DNA of 43,709 nucleotides from positions 1 to 43,709 of IMG/VR virus record IMGVR_UViG_3300010376_000062. The stretch is one strand, 5' to 3'. Made by a program: the position numbers and the translations under genes. This DNA is from a virus. Lineage: Duplodnaviria > Caudoviricetes. This document shows positions 14,086 through 24,029 of the stretch, piece by piece (within the stretch, counting starts at the first letter, position 1; each line of letters begins with the position of its first letter). The notes below the pieces were generated by a model, which was given only the letters and a program-made list of their open reading frames with translations, was not told where the DNA came from and made no database searches.

Positions 14086-15569
14086 CCTCGACGGCGTCAG
14101 CCGCGCCGCGTCTCGCCGAGCGGACGCCGCTCGACTGGCGTGACCTGCTGCTCGCCCGGCTGAAGGCGCAGCAGGACCAGGTCGCGCTCTACGAGGCCTA
14201 CTACGACGGCCTGCACCCGCTCCAGTTCGCGACCGCGAAGTTCCGGGAGGCGTTCGGGACGCTGTTCCAGAACTTCGCCGACAACTGGTGCCAGATCATC
14301 GTCGACGCGCCCGTGGAGCGGCTGAAGATCGTCGGCTTCGAGGTCGGCGGCGACACGTCGACGGACGCCTGGGCGATCTGGCAGGCGAACTCGCTCGACG
14401 TCGAGTCGGTGATCGCCCACACCGAGGCGGGCAAGTCCGGCCGCTGCTATCTGCTCGTCGACCCGACCGGCGACGACGGGCCGCGGATCACCGCCGAGCA
14501 CGCCTCGCAGGTCGTCGTCGCCCACGACCCGGGCGACCGGCGCAAGCGGCTGGCGGCGCTCAAGGTCTGGGCCGACAACGACGAGGGCTTCCAGTACGCG
14601 ACCCTCTACCTGCCCGACGTCGTGCTCAAGTTCGAGGCCGAGCAGACGAACGGGCAGGAGGTCGAGTGGGTCGAGCGGAGCGGCGTCCCGCCCGAGGAGC
14701 CGAACCCGCTCGGCGTCGTCCCGATCGTGCCGCTCGAGAACAAGCCGGGCCTGCTCGGGACGGCGCACTCCGACCTGGAGCCGGCGATCCCGCTCCAGAA
14801 CGCCGTCAACAAGATCTGCAGCGACATGATCGTGAACAGCGAGTACGGCGCCTTCCCGCAGCGCGTCCTGACCGGCGTCGAGGTGCCGAAGGACCCGCAG
14901 ACCGGGCAGCCGATGTGGAACGCCGAAGAGCTGAAGGCCGCCATGTCGCGGCTCTGGCTGTTCGAGAAGGAGAACGTCAAGGCCCAGTCGCTGCCGGCGG
15001 CCGACATGCAGAACTTCGTCGTCTCGGTCGAGATGCTGATCCAGCACCTGGCCGCGCAGACGCGGACGCCGCCGCACTACCTGCTCGCGAAGATGGTCAA
15101 CGCCTCCGGCGACGCGCTCGCGACCGCCGAGGCCGGGCTGGTCAAGAAGTGCGAGCAGAAGACGCTGTTCTTCTCGGACAGCTGGGAGGAGGCGATGGCG
15201 CTCGCGCTGTCCGCCTCCGGCGCCGAGGTCGTCGCCTCCGACTGCGAGGCGAAGTGGGCGAACCCGGAGCGGCTCAGCCAGTCGCAGCTGACCGACGCCG
15301 AGATCAAGAAGAAGACGCTCGGCGTGCCGCTGCCGGTGATCTGGGGCGAGCTCGGCTACACGCCCGAGGAGATCACCGAGATGGAGAAGCAGCTCGAGGC
15401 CCGGCAGGAGGCGCAGCTCGAGGCGGCCGCCCTGCTCCAGGAGGCGCAGGTGCGGGCGACCGTCCAGGCCGCGCCGCCGCCGCCGGGCGCACCGGAAGTG
15501 ACCGCACCGCAAACGTCGGCGCCGACGCCGCCGGCGCAACCGCCAACGCAGGGAGGCAGCAGTGCCTGA
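14082..15569 (+). CDS. Portal protein (SPP1 gp6-like); start probably non-canonical CTG at 14082
   Basis: The frame is open upstream of 14313 and contains conserved YYDGxH and NWCxxIVDAxVERL; also NPLGVVPIVP and AFPQR. Confidence 0.9.
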   Translation: MTSTASAAPRLAERTPLDWRDLLLARLKAQQDQVALYEAYYDGLHPLQFATAKFREAFGTLFQNFADNWCQIIVDAPVERLKIVGFEVGGDTSTDAWAIWQANSLDVESVIAHTEAGKSGRCYLLVDPTGDDGPRITAEHASQVVVAHDPGDRRKRLAALKVWADNDEGFQYATLYLPDVVLKFEAEQTNGQEVEWVERSGVPPEEPNPLGVVPIVPLENKPGLLGTAHSDLEPAIPLQNAVNKICSDMIVNSEYGAFPQRVLTGVEVPKDPQTGQPMWNAEELKAAMSRLWLFEKENVKAQSLPAADMQNFVVSVEMLIQHLAAQTRTPPHYLLAKMVNASGDALATAEAGLVKKCEQKTLFFSDSWEEAMALALSASGAEVVASDCEAKWANPERLSQSQLTDAEIKKKTLGVPLPVIWGELGYTPEEITEMEKQLEARQEAQLEAAALLQEAQVRATVQAAPPPPGAPEVTAPQTSAPTPPAQPPTQGGSSA

Positions 15570-16104
15570 AGGCACGCCAGATCCACCCGTCGAGCAGGGG
15601 AAGAGCCCCGTCGCCGCGGAGGCCCAGGAGGCCGCCGGAGAGCAGAAGCCCGTCGCGGAAGAGCCGCAGGGCCGGACGTACTCCGAGTCCTACGTCAAGC
15701 AGCTGCGGAACGAAGCGGCGTCGTCGCGGAACAAGATCGGCGAGCTGGAGGAGAAGCTCCAGGAGATCGCCGACCGCGACAAGTCGCAGCAGGAGAAGCT
15801 CAACGACCAGCTGACGGCCGAGAAGGCGCGGGCCGACGCGCACGAGAGGAAGTCGCTCCGCTACGAGGTCGCCGCCGAGCACGGGCTCGACATGGCGACC
15901 GCGGAGTTCCTGTCGGGCACGACCCGTGAGGAGATGGAGCTTCAGGCCGAGAAGCTGCAGCAGCTGCTTGCCGACAAGGGCAAGCCGACCACCGCGGGCT
16001 TCGACGGTGGCGCACGGACGACCGCCCCGCAACGAGGGACACCGGAGGAGGAGCACAACAAGCTGCTCCTGCAGGCCCTGGGACGGGAGTCTCGTGCGAG
16101 CTGA
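15562..16104 (+). CDS. Capsid scaffolding protein
   Basis: YVKQLRNEAA..R, coiled coil, position between portal and capsid. Confidence 0.8.
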   Translation: MPEGTPDPPVEQGKSPVAAEAQEAAGEQKPVAEEPQGRTYSESYVKQLRNEAASSRNKIGELEEKLQEIADRDKSQQEKLNDQLTAEKARADAHERKSLRYEVAAEHGLDMATAEFLSGTTREEMELQAEKLQQLLADKGKPTTAGFDGGARTTAPQRGTPEEEHNKLLLQALGRESRAS

Positions 16105-16127
16105 CAGCTCGAGCTTGAGGAGGAGAA

Positions 16128-17069
16128 GTGGCGAACCAGATTCCGTTCGCGCAATCCCCGCCGAACGCTGGCGGCTACGTGCTGCCGTTCGATATCGGCG
16201 ACATCCTGGTCAACGGGATCCTGCAGGAGGCCGGGGCACCCCAGCTCTGCGGTGACGCCCGGGCGACCGGCGTCTACAAGACGCAGTTCCCGATCTGGCT
16301 GGGTCTGCCGACGGCCGGGCCGGTCGGTGAAGGCGCGGCCAAGCCCGCGACCGGGGCCGAGTTCAGCCAGGCGACGATGCTCGTGAAGAAGTTCGCCTCG
16401 ATCGTCCTGTTCACGGACGAGATGATCGAGGACGTCCAGTCGGGCGACATGAACGTGCTCGTCGACTCGGGCGTCCGCAAGGCGATCGCGCAGTCGATCG
16501 ACGCGCACATCAACGGGCTGCAGCTCGGCAACCAGATCACCGGCGTCTTCGACTCGATGCTTCGCGGCACGACCGCCACGGTCGAGTACGACCAGACGAA
16601 GGCGGACGGGCTGCCGCACGCGCTGTCGGCGGCGATGGGGATCCTCGAAGGGAACGGCTACGGCGACCAGGGTTCGATGGGCGTCGAGCTCGGCTTCGGC
16701 TTCGCACAGCTGCTGCGCGACGCCAGGTCGGCGGCCGACGCGACCCGCCCGGTGTTCGGGGCGGGCTCGTGGGGCGGCTTCGACCCGACGTACGGGCTGG
16801 CGACGTCGGTGTCGACGAACCTCGACAACCCGCAGGCGGCAGCCGGCGCGGGCAAGATCGTCGGCTTCGTCGTGCACAAGCCGAACCTGCACCTGCGGAT
16901 CCGCAAGGACGTCGTGCTCTCGACCTCGAGCGAGGCGACGGTCAACGACGGCACGACCGACCGCAAGCTGTTCCAGGAGAACCTGACCGCGGTCCGCTAC
17001 GAGACGCGGCTCGCGTTCATGGTCCACGACATCAACCGCGCCGTCGTCGCGATCACGAACGCGACCTAG
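16128..17069 (+). CDS. Major capsid protein (HK97 fold)
   Basis: GGYVLP, VGEGAAKP, KKFASIVLFTDEMIED, LFQENLTAVRYETR. Confidence 0.9.
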   Translation: MANQIPFAQSPPNAGGYVLPFDIGDILVNGILQEAGAPQLCGDARATGVYKTQFPIWLGLPTAGPVGEGAAKPATGAEFSQATMLVKKFASIVLFTDEMIEDVQSGDMNVLVDSGVRKAIAQSIDAHINGLQLGNQITGVFDSMLRGTTATVEYDQTKADGLPHALSAAMGILEGNGYGDQGSMGVELGFGFAQLLRDARSAADATRPVFGAGSWGGFDPTYGLATSVSTNLDNPQAAAGAGKIVGFVVHKPNLHLRIRKDVVLSTSSEATVNDGTTDRKLFQENLTAVRYETRLAFMVHDINRAVVAITNAT

Positions 17070-17107
17070 GAGCGACGTCCGAGCAGAGACGCGACGAAGG
17101 AGGAGCG

Positions 17108-17332
17108 ATGGCAGAAGGCAAGCTGACGGTCGAGGAGCAGCTGATCGAGGACGCGCCGGACGCGTACACGCACTCGATCGACCCGGCCGAGGCGACCTAC
17201 GAGACGTACACGCCGGAGGAGCCGCAGAACCCGCCCTCCGGGCCGCAGACGATCCAGACGCTGAAGCAGGTGCGGGAGCCGCTCGCCGCGGCGGCCGCGC
17301 CGGCGACGAAGACGAAGGCGAAGGCCGAGTAA
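17108..17332 (+). CDS. Hypothetical head-associated protein
   Basis: Strong SD; position after the capsid gene. Confidence 0.6.
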   Translation: MAEGKLTVEEQLIEDAPDAYTHSIDPAEATYETYTPEEPQNPPSGPQTIQTLKQVREPLAAAAAPATKTKAKAE

Positions 17333-17574
17333 TGCCGCTGCCCGATCCCGAAGGCACCCGGGTTCAGGCCCCGGCTCGCGCCGGGGTCGGGCTGCGGGAG
17401 CAGTTCGTGCAAGGGCGGGAGCGGCGGCCGCCGGCGAGCTGGCCGGAGGACTGGTGGCAGCGGAACTACGACATCCTGCTCGAGCCGCGGTTCGGCGCCG
17501 AGCCGGTCCCGTTGAGCGGCCGCCAGCTCACGCTCCCGCCCGCCCCCGCCGTGAGCGAGGTGGACGATGAGTAG
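17332..17574 (+). CDS. Hypothetical protein
   Basis: TAATG overlap. Confidence 0.55.
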   Translation: MPLPDPEGTRVQAPARAGVGLREQFVQGRERRPPASWPEDWWQRNYDILLEPRFGAEPVPLSGRQLTLPPAPAVSEVDDE

Positions 17575-18028
17575 CCCGCCGCCGGGACGGCCGACCGTCG
17601 ACCAGGTCGGGCGGATCCTGCTCGCCCGCACGAAGGACGACCAGGGGCACGAGGTCGGGACGTTCGACTCGACGACCCGCCCGACCGACGTCGAGGTCGA
17701 CGGGCACATCGACGCGGCGATGGCGCTGATCGCGCCGAAGCTGCCGCTGCTCGACAAGCTGCCGCCCGACCTGCTCCCGTCGGTCGCCGAGGTCGTCGCC
17801 TACCGGGCGGCGCTGCGGATCGAGAAGGCGTACTGGCCGGAGCAGGTGCGGCAGAACCGCTCGGCCTACGACCAGCTGAACGCCGAGTACCAGGAGGACC
17901 TGGCGAGCCTGATCGAGACGGCGGAGGCGGCCGCCGGCGGCAGCGAGTACGAGATGGCGCCGATCGTCAGCCTGAAGGTCGGCTCCTGGACGTCGATCCC
18001 GCAGGCGGGCGGGGTGTTCCCGGCGTGA
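17567..18028 (+). CDS. Head-tail adaptor (putative)
   Basis: Size, synteny, helical pattern. Confidence 0.6.
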   Translation: MSSPPPGRPTVDQVGRILLARTKDDQGHEVGTFDSTTRPTDVEVDGHIDAAMALIAPKLPLLDKLPPDLLPSVAEVVAYRAALRIEKAYWPEQVRQNRSAYDQLNAEYQEDLASLIETAEAAAGGSEYEMAPIVSLKVGSWTSIPQAGGVFPA

Positions 18029-18474
18029 GCGGGATCCACGTCGAGATCGCGGAGCAGGGTGTCCTGAAGGCGATGGGCGACCTAGAGCGGGTCGGCGTCC
18101 GGGCCGCCGACGTGAGGCCGCTCTGGGCGGAGCTCGACGGGATCTTCCACGCCGACGAGGCCCGCCGCTTCGGCGAGCAGGGGCCGGGCTGGCAGCAGCT
18201 CGCTCAGGCGACCGAGGAGAACAAGGCGCGGCTCGGGCAGCCGGACCGGATCCTGGTCGCGACCGGCGTGCTCGAGCGGTCGCTGACCGCGGCCGCGACC
18301 GGGCTCGGCGACTCGACCTTCGACGCGCTCCGCTTCGGCACCGACGTCGACTACGCCCGCTTCCACCAGTTCGGCACGTCGAAGATGCCGGTCCGCGAGG
18401 TGGTCGGGCTGTCGCCGGAGGCGATCGAGGCGATGGCGCAGGTGGTCAAGACGTACATCGGCGGGCTGCCGTGA
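18025..18474 (+). CDS. Virion morphogenesis protein (Mu gpG/P2 gpS-like)
   Basis: ILVATGVL..SL, FGTDVDYARFHQFGT.KMPVR. Confidence 0.8.
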   Translation: MSGIHVEIAEQGVLKAMGDLERVGVRAADVRPLWAELDGIFHADEARRFGEQGPGWQQLAQATEENKARLGQPDRILVATGVLERSLTAAATGLGDSTFDALRFGTDVDYARFHQFGTSKMPVREVVGLSPEAIEAMAQVVKTYIGGLP

Positions 18475-18488
18475 TTCCCACGGAATCG
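18472..18488. promoter_or_regulatory. 17-bp palindrome copy 2
   Basis: TGATTCC-CAC-GGAATCG overlapping a stop codon. Confidence 0.7.
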
Positions 18489-18493
18489 CGCCG

Positions 18494-19126
18494 ATGAGCA
18501 GCGCGCTGCAGCCGTCGATCTTCGGGCGGATCGTCGCCGGCGGCGACGTCGAGACCTGGTGCATCGACCTGTGCAGGAAGTGGATCGGCACCTACCTGGC
18601 CGAGGTCGAGCGGCAGCACGGGATCACGGCCGGGACGTACGCGCGGCCGAAGTCGTACGTGCGGACGATCAGCTTCGACAAGTGGCCCGAGGACCACCTG
18701 CCCGGGCTGATGCTGATCTCGACCGGGATCGCCCGGCCGCCGCGCAAGGAGGGCGACGGGACGGTGACCGCCGACTGGCTGATGGGGCTCGGCGTGCTCT
18801 GCTCGGCCAAGACGCAGCAGGCGTCGCACGACATGGCGCAGCTGCTGACGGCCGCCGTCCGGACGCTGTTCCTGCAGAAGCCGTCGCTCGACGGGCACGC
18901 CGACGGGGTCGCCTGGCTCGACGAGCGGCACAACGACTTGGCCTACGACGACCAGCGCTCGCTCAGCTCCGGGCAGGCGATCTTCCAGGTGACCGTGCAC
19001 GGGGTCGCGGTCGCGAACGCCGGGCCGTCGTACCCGCTCGCCCCGCTCGACCCGGACACGACGCCGTGGCCGGACTGGCCGACCGTCCAAACGGTCGAGT
19101 CGCATACACAGCCGAAGGAGGACTGA
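18494..19126 (+). CDS. Tail terminator/neck protein (putative)
   Basis: Synteny before the sheath gene. Confidence 0.5.
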   Translation: MSSALQPSIFGRIVAGGDVETWCIDLCRKWIGTYLAEVERQHGITAGTYARPKSYVRTISFDKWPEDHLPGLMLISTGIARPPRKEGDGTVTADWLMGLGVLCSAKTQQASHDMAQLLTAAVRTLFLQKPSLDGHADGVAWLDERHNDLAYDDQRSLSSGQAIFQVTVHGVAVANAGPSYPLAPLDPDTTPWPDWPTVQTVESHTQPKED

Positions 19127-19129
19127 GCT

Positions 19130-20389
19130 ATGAGCAGACCGGGTGTGGACGTCATCTCGCGGGCGCTCAGCCCGCCGCTCTCGCCGCCGACGAACACCGG
19201 GGTCGGCTTCCTGGTCGGCCTGACGCCGGCCGGGCAGACGCCGGCGCCGCCGAACGTGGCGCTCGTCCGCTCGCTGACCGAGTACGAGGCGACCTTCGGC
19301 GCCCGCGGCAGCGTCGCGGGCGACCAGGCGACCTACGACTCCGCCGACGCGTTCTTCCGCGAGGGCGGCAGCCAGCTGTACGTGTCGCGGACGAACCCCG
19401 GCACCGTGCTCGACGTCGAGGCGGCGTCGGCGTCGCTCGAGCCGCTGAAGGCCGGGAAGGCGAAGATCAGCGGCGGCAGCGTCGACACGCTGGCGCTCGA
19501 CCCGACGATCAAGGCGGCGCTCGACGCGCTCGGCAAGGACCTCGGGCCCGGGCAGGTCTGGATCGCCGACCACACGCTCGCCGGCGACGCCGCGAACCAG
19601 TCGGCGCTCCTGGCGCACGCCGCCGCGACGAACCGGGTCGCGCTGCTCACGACCGCCGACGGAACGGCCGCTGCCCTCGAGGCGGCCGCGGCCGCGCTCG
19701 CGACCGACGCGAACGCCCGCTTCGGGGCGCTGTTCGCCCCGTCGGCGATCATCCCCGGTGTCACCGCCGGGACGACGAGGACGGTCCCGTACGCGGCGGT
19801 CGAGGCGGGGATCATCGCCCGCAACGACGCCACGTTCACCGCCAACCAGCCCGCCGCCGGCGACCTCGGCCAGTGCGTGTTCGTGATCGACGTCGAGGCG
19901 ACCTACACGGACGCCGAGTACACGGCGCTGAACGACGCGTCGGTGAACATGGCCCGGGTCAAGTACGGCGGGGTCCGCACGTACGGCTACCGGACGCTCG
20001 ACGCGCAGAACGCGAACTCGCAGTGGGTCTGGTTCGGGAACAGCCGCCTGAACATGGAGATCACCGCCCAGGCCGAGGCGATCGGCGAGCACTACGTGTT
20101 CACGACGCTCGACGGGCAGGGGAAGACGATCGCCCAGTTCGGCGGCGACCTGTCGGCGATGCTGAACGCGTTCTTCCTCGCCGGCGCGCTCTACGGGGCG
20201 ACGCCGCAGGACGCGTTCCGGGTCGACGTCGGCTCGTCCGTGAACACGCCGACGACGATCGCGAACGGCGAGCTGCACGCGGTGCTGCTCGTGAAGATGA
20301 GCCCGTCGCCGGAGTGGGTCGTGATCGAGATCGTCAAGGTCGCAACGACGCAGACCATCGCCCCGGCGGGCCTGTCCGTCGCCGCGTGA
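19130..20389 (+). CDS. Contractile tail sheath protein
   Basis: MSRPGVDV N-terminus; FFREGG; C-terminal GALYG...AFRVD...NT...GEL...SPEWVVIEI. Confidence 0.88.
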   Translation: MSRPGVDVISRALSPPLSPPTNTGVGFLVGLTPAGQTPAPPNVALVRSLTEYEATFGARGSVAGDQATYDSADAFFREGGSQLYVSRTNPGTVLDVEAASASLEPLKAGKAKISGGSVDTLALDPTIKAALDALGKDLGPGQVWIADHTLAGDAANQSALLAHAAATNRVALLTTADGTAAALEAAAAALATDANARFGALFAPSAIIPGVTAGTTRTVPYAAVEAGIIARNDATFTANQPAAGDLGQCVFVIDVEATYTDAEYTALNDASVNMARVKYGGVRTYGYRTLDAQNANSQWVWFGNSRLNMEITAQAEAIGEHYVFTTLDGQGKTIAQFGGDLSAMLNAFFLAGALYGATPQDAFRVDVGSSVNTPTTIANGELHAVLLVKMSPSPEWVVIEIVKVATTQTIAPAGLSVAA

Positions 20390-20406
20390 GAAGGGAGGAG
20401 TGAGCG

Positions 20407-20814
20407 ATGCGGAAGGACCAGTGGAACACGACGCTCAGGGTCGACGGCCGCAACCTGGGCACGTTCGACGTCAAGACCGGCGGCGACACCGACACGACCG
20501 AGCTGACGTACAAGCCGGGCGGGATGCTGCCGACGATCTCGCTCGGCGGCCTCGTGACCGTCGCCCAGGTGGTCGTGAACCGGCTCTACCAGCTCGACCG
20601 GGACGCGCCGATCGTCAAGTGGCTGCTCGGCCGGGTCGGCAAGGGCACGTGCGTGCTCCAGCAGCAGGCCCTCGACATCGACGGCAACGTCTACGGCGAC
20701 TCGCTGACGTACACGGGGACGCTGAAGCGGGTGACGCTGCCCGAGGTCGACTCGAACTCGACCGACCACGCGCTGCTCGAGATCGAGATCACGCCGAACG
20801 GGTCGATCACGTGA
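20407..20814 (+). CDS. Tail tube protein
   Basis: Follows the sheath gene; 135 aa; YKPGGM...LGG, PEVDSNS. Confidence 0.75.
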   Translation: MRKDQWNTTLRVDGRNLGTFDVKTGGDTDTTELTYKPGGMLPTISLGGLVTVAQVVVNRLYQLDRDAPIVKWLLGRVGKGTCVLQQQALDIDGNVYGDSLTYTGTLKRVTLPEVDSNSTDHALLEIEITPNGSIT

Positions 20815-21356
20815 GCCTGCACGAGTTCGACGACGCCCCGACCGAGATCCGGCCGCTCGAGGTCGACGTCCAGGAGACGGCGCTGGAGGCGATCCGCCGC
20901 CGCCGTGAGGAGCACACGGCCGAGCAGGTCTACGACATGGTCGTGCCCGGCTACCGCGGCTGCCTCGTCCTGCGCTGCGCCCCGCTCGCCGGCGACTCGC
21001 AGACAAGGGCGCGGATGCGGATGGAGAAGATGGAGCGGCAGAAGAACCCGATGCGGGACTTCGCGCTCAACGCGGACACGCTGCTCGACGTCGTCGAGGA
21101 GGTGCTCGTCCGGCGCAGCCGCGACCTGCCGCTGGAGCCGATCGACCCGAGCGGCGAGCCGCGCCGCCTCGACACGCGGCTCGCCGAGCTGCTCCAGGTG
21201 AGCGAGGAGGCACCGACGCTGCGGCTGCTCGTGCGGGCGATCTTCGACCAGGTGCCGTCGCCCGAGATCGCGGTCGGGGTGGCGGTCAGCGAGTACCTGT
21301 CGTGGGCGCAGGGGGTGGACGCGGACGCCGACGAAGACCTGCTGGGGGAATCCTGA
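20811..21356 (+). CDS. Tail assembly chaperone
   Basis: Between tube and tape measure; ends ...LLGES over GGGGGAA. Confidence 0.75.
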   Translation: MSLHEFDDAPTEIRPLEVDVQETALEAIRRRREEHTAEQVYDMVVPGYRGCLVLRCAPLAGDSQTRARMRMEKMERQKNPMRDFALNADTLLDVVEEVLVRRSRDLPLEPIDPSGEPRRLDTRLAELLQVSEEAPTLRLLVRAIFDQVPSPEIAVGVAVSEYLSWAQGVDADADEDLLGES

Positions 21357-21550
21357 GCGGCGACCAGGTCGACATGGCCGCCGCGATGTGCCTGTTCGGG
21401 CTGCCGGGCTACCGCTTCCTGCTCTCGACTGACCGCGAGGAGCAGCTGCTGCTGGCCGCGATGCTGCGGCGGGCGGGCCACTGGCAGGAGCTGCTCCACC
21501 GCGACCTGGCGGTGCGGATCAGCAACCAGGTCGTGAAGGCGATCCGGTGA
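21344..21550 (+). CDS. Tail assembly chaperone -1 frameshift extension
   Basis: Slippery GGGGGAA (21344-21350); the -1 frame is open to 21550. Confidence 0.7.
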   Translation, partial: GGILSGDQVDMAAAMCLFGLPGYRFLLSTDREEQLLLAAMLRRAGHWQELLHRDLAVRISNQVVKAIR

Positions 21551-21557
21551 GCTAGCC

Positions 21558-23288
21558 GTGCCGCTCGACGCCCTCGAGTTCATCCTCTTCCTGCGGAACG
21601 TGCCGCAGTTCGTCGCCGACGCGGAGAAGGCCTCGGCGGCGGTCGGCGGGGTCGGCAAGTCGGCCGAGACGTCCGGGACGGCGGCCGGGCGCGGCTGGAA
21701 GGGGATGCTCAAGTGGGCCGCCGGTGCCTCGCTGATCTACGGCGGCGTCAAGTTCCTGCGCGACGCGAACAAGGCGACCGCCGACCTGGCGAAGGGCACC
21801 TACGCGCTGCAGACGCAGACCGGGATGGACACCGAGCGCTCGTCCGAGTGGATCGCGCTGACGAAGGAGCGCGGGATCTCGACCCGGCAGCTCTCGACCT
21901 CGATCGCGACGCTGAGCCGCCAGATCGACAAGTCGGCGCTCGGGACGTCGACGGAGACGCAGAAGGTGGCGGCGCTCCGGAAGCAGATCGACGCCGTCGC
22001 GGCCGCCGGCGGCAAGGACGCCCCGAAGCAGCTGGCGAAGCTGTCGTCCGCGATCGCCTCCGCGCAGTCGAGCGGCGAGAAGGCGCGGCTGACGCTGAAC
22101 CGGCTCGGGATCCCGCTCGACGCGATCCGCAAGGGCCGGACCGGCGACGTGCTGCTCACGATCGCGGACGCCTTCCAGAAGATGCGCGACCCGTCGGAGC
22201 GGGCCGCGCTCGCCCAGCAGCTGCTCGGGCGGACCGGGCAGCAGCTGCTGCCGGTGCTCTCGAAGGGCCGCGAGGCGGTGCTGAAGATGCTCGACGCGCA
22301 GAAGGCGTCCGGGCACTATCTGACCTCGTCGCAGCTGAAGGCCGAGCAGCAGCAGATCGCGCAGCAGCGGGAGCTCTCGAAGGCGTTCGAGGGGCTGAAG
22401 ACGCAGACCTCGCTGGCGCTGCTGCCGGTGATGACCGGGTTCGCCAAGGTGCTGCTCGTCGTCGCGAAGGCGCTCGAGCCGGTGACCTCGAACGCGAAGG
22501 CGCTGCGGGTCGTGATCGTCACGCTGGTCGTCGCGCTCGTCGCCTGGCGGGTCGCGATCATCGCCTCGACGGTCGCGACGCTCTCGCAGACCGCCGCGAC
22601 CGAGGGCTGGACGGTCGCCCAGTGGGCGCTCAACCTGGCGATGGACGCGAACGTGATCGGGATCGTCGTGATCGCGATCATCGGGCTGATCGCCGTCACG
22701 CTGATCGTGATCAAGCACTTCGGGACGTTCAAGCGGATCGCCGAGGAGGCCTGGCAGGCGCTGCTCGCCGGCGCCGAGTTCGTCTGGAACTGGCTGAAGA
22801 AGAACTGGCCCTACGTGCTCGGCGTGCTGACCGGCCCGTTCGGGCTCGCTGTCGTCCTGATCATCAAGCACTTCAAGACGATCAAGCAGTTCCTGGTCGG
22901 GTTCGTCAACGACGTGCGCGGGCTGTTCGACCGGCTGATCAACTACGTGAAGGGGATCCCCGGCAAGCTGATCGGGTCGCTGAAGAAGATCCCGGGCGGC
23001 GGCGCCGTGCTGAAGGCGGCCGGGACGGTCGGAGGCCTCGCCGGGCATCTCGGCCTGCAGGCCGGCGGGACGGTGATGCGCGGCGGCAACTGGCTGGTCG
23101 GCGAGCAGGGGCCGGAGGTGCTGAACCTGCCGTCCGGCTCGAGCGTCGTGCCGCTGACCCCGACGCAGCAGCAGGTCGCGATGGGCGGCCTCGGCGTCGG
23201 GACGATCGAGGTGCCGGTCTACCTCGACTCGCAGGTGCTCGCCCGGGCGGTCGCCCAGGTCGGCGCGAACACGATGGCGCGGCGATGA
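21558..23288 (+). CDS. Tape measure protein
   Basis: Ala/Leu-rich helical protein with hydrophobic segments; C-terminal AGG...LVGEQGPE. Confidence 0.88.
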   Translation: MPLDALEFILFLRNVPQFVADAEKASAAVGGVGKSAETSGTAAGRGWKGMLKWAAGASLIYGGVKFLRDANKATADLAKGTYALQTQTGMDTERSSEWIALTKERGISTRQLSTSIATLSRQIDKSALGTSTETQKVAALRKQIDAVAAAGGKDAPKQLAKLSSAIASAQSSGEKARLTLNRLGIPLDAIRKGRTGDVLLTIADAFQKMRDPSERAALAQQLLGRTGQQLLPVLSKGREAVLKMLDAQKASGHYLTSSQLKAEQQQIAQQRELSKAFEGLKTQTSLALLPVMTGFAKVLLVVAKALEPVTSNAKALRVVIVTLVVALVAWRVAIIASTVATLSQTAATEGWTVAQWALNLAMDANVIGIVVIAIIGLIAVTLIVIKHFGTFKRIAEEAWQALLAGAEFVWNWLKKNWPYVLGVLTGPFGLAVVLIIKHFKTIKQFLVGFVNDVRGLFDRLINYVKGIPGKLIGSLKKIPGGGAVLKAAGTVGGLAGHLGLQAGGTVMRGGNWLVGEQGPEVLNLPSGSSVVPLTPTQQQVAMGGLGVGTIEVPVYLDSQVLARAVAQVGANTMARR

Positions 23289-23968
23289 TCCCGGTCGGCT
23301 GGGTGAAGCTCGTCTCGACCGACCCGCCCCGGTCGATCCTCGTCCGGCTCTCCGACGCCCGCCCGAACGTGACCGCCGGGTACGGCGGCTGGCAGGAGAT
23401 CGCGCGGCCGCGCCGCTCGCCGCTCTCGGTCTGGCAGGGTTCGCCCGGGCTGCGGATGGACCTGCCGCTCCAGTTCGACAGCTGGCAGCAGGGCAGCGGG
23501 ACGCAGCAGCCGCCGTCGATCGAGAAGGACCTGGGTGCGCTCGAGGCGATGGCGACCCCGACCGCCTCGGACGGCTCGCCGCCCCGGATCACGCTCCAGG
23601 CGACCGGCGGGCTGCTGCCGCACAAGGGCAAGCACTGGGTGATCGACTCGCTGAACTGGGGCGACGCGCTCGCGAACGCGAACGGCGACCGGGTGCGCCA
23701 GCAGGTGACCGTCTCGCTGCTCGAGTACATCGCCGACACGCGGGTCGTCCTGTCGAGCGCCGCCAACCGGCAGCGGGCGAAGACGGCCGGCCCGAAGACG
23801 AAGCAGGGCGCGTCGGTCAAGCGCTACACGGTCAAGAAGGGCGACACGCTCTCGGCGATCGCCGCCCGGCTGCTCGGGAAGGCGTCCCGCTGGACGGAGA
23901 TCGCGACCCTGAACAAGCTGCGCGACCCGCACCGGCTGTCGGTCGGGCAGGTGCTGAGGCTGCCGTGA
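23285..23968 (+). CDS. Tube initiator/baseplate protein with C-terminal LysM
   Basis: YTVKKGDTLSAIAARLLG...W.EIA.LN.L.DP..L.VGQVLRLP. Confidence 0.85.
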   Translation: MIPVGWVKLVSTDPPRSILVRLSDARPNVTAGYGGWQEIARPRRSPLSVWQGSPGLRMDLPLQFDSWQQGSGTQQPPSIEKDLGALEAMATPTASDGSPPRITLQATGGLLPHKGKHWVIDSLNWGDALANANGDRVRQQVTVSLLEYIADTRVVLSSAANRQRAKTAGPKTKQGASVKRYTVKKGDTLSAIAARLLGKASRWTEIATLNKLRDPHRLSVGQVLRLP

Positions 23969-23982
23969 TTCCCACGGAATCG
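23966..23982. promoter_or_regulatory. 17-bp palindrome copy 3
   Basis: TGATTCC-CAC-GGAATCG; 28 bp identical to the context of copy 2. Confidence 0.7.
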
Positions 23983-23984
23983 CG

Positions 23985-24029
23985 CATACATGCTCACCCC
24001 GCCGACCCGCGCGAGGCTGAGCGCCTATG
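23985..24029 (+). promoter_or_regulatory. 45-bp bipartite site, copy 3
   Basis: CATA-CAT-GCTCA N21 TGAGC-GCC-TATG; supplies the ATG at 24027. Confidence 0.75.
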
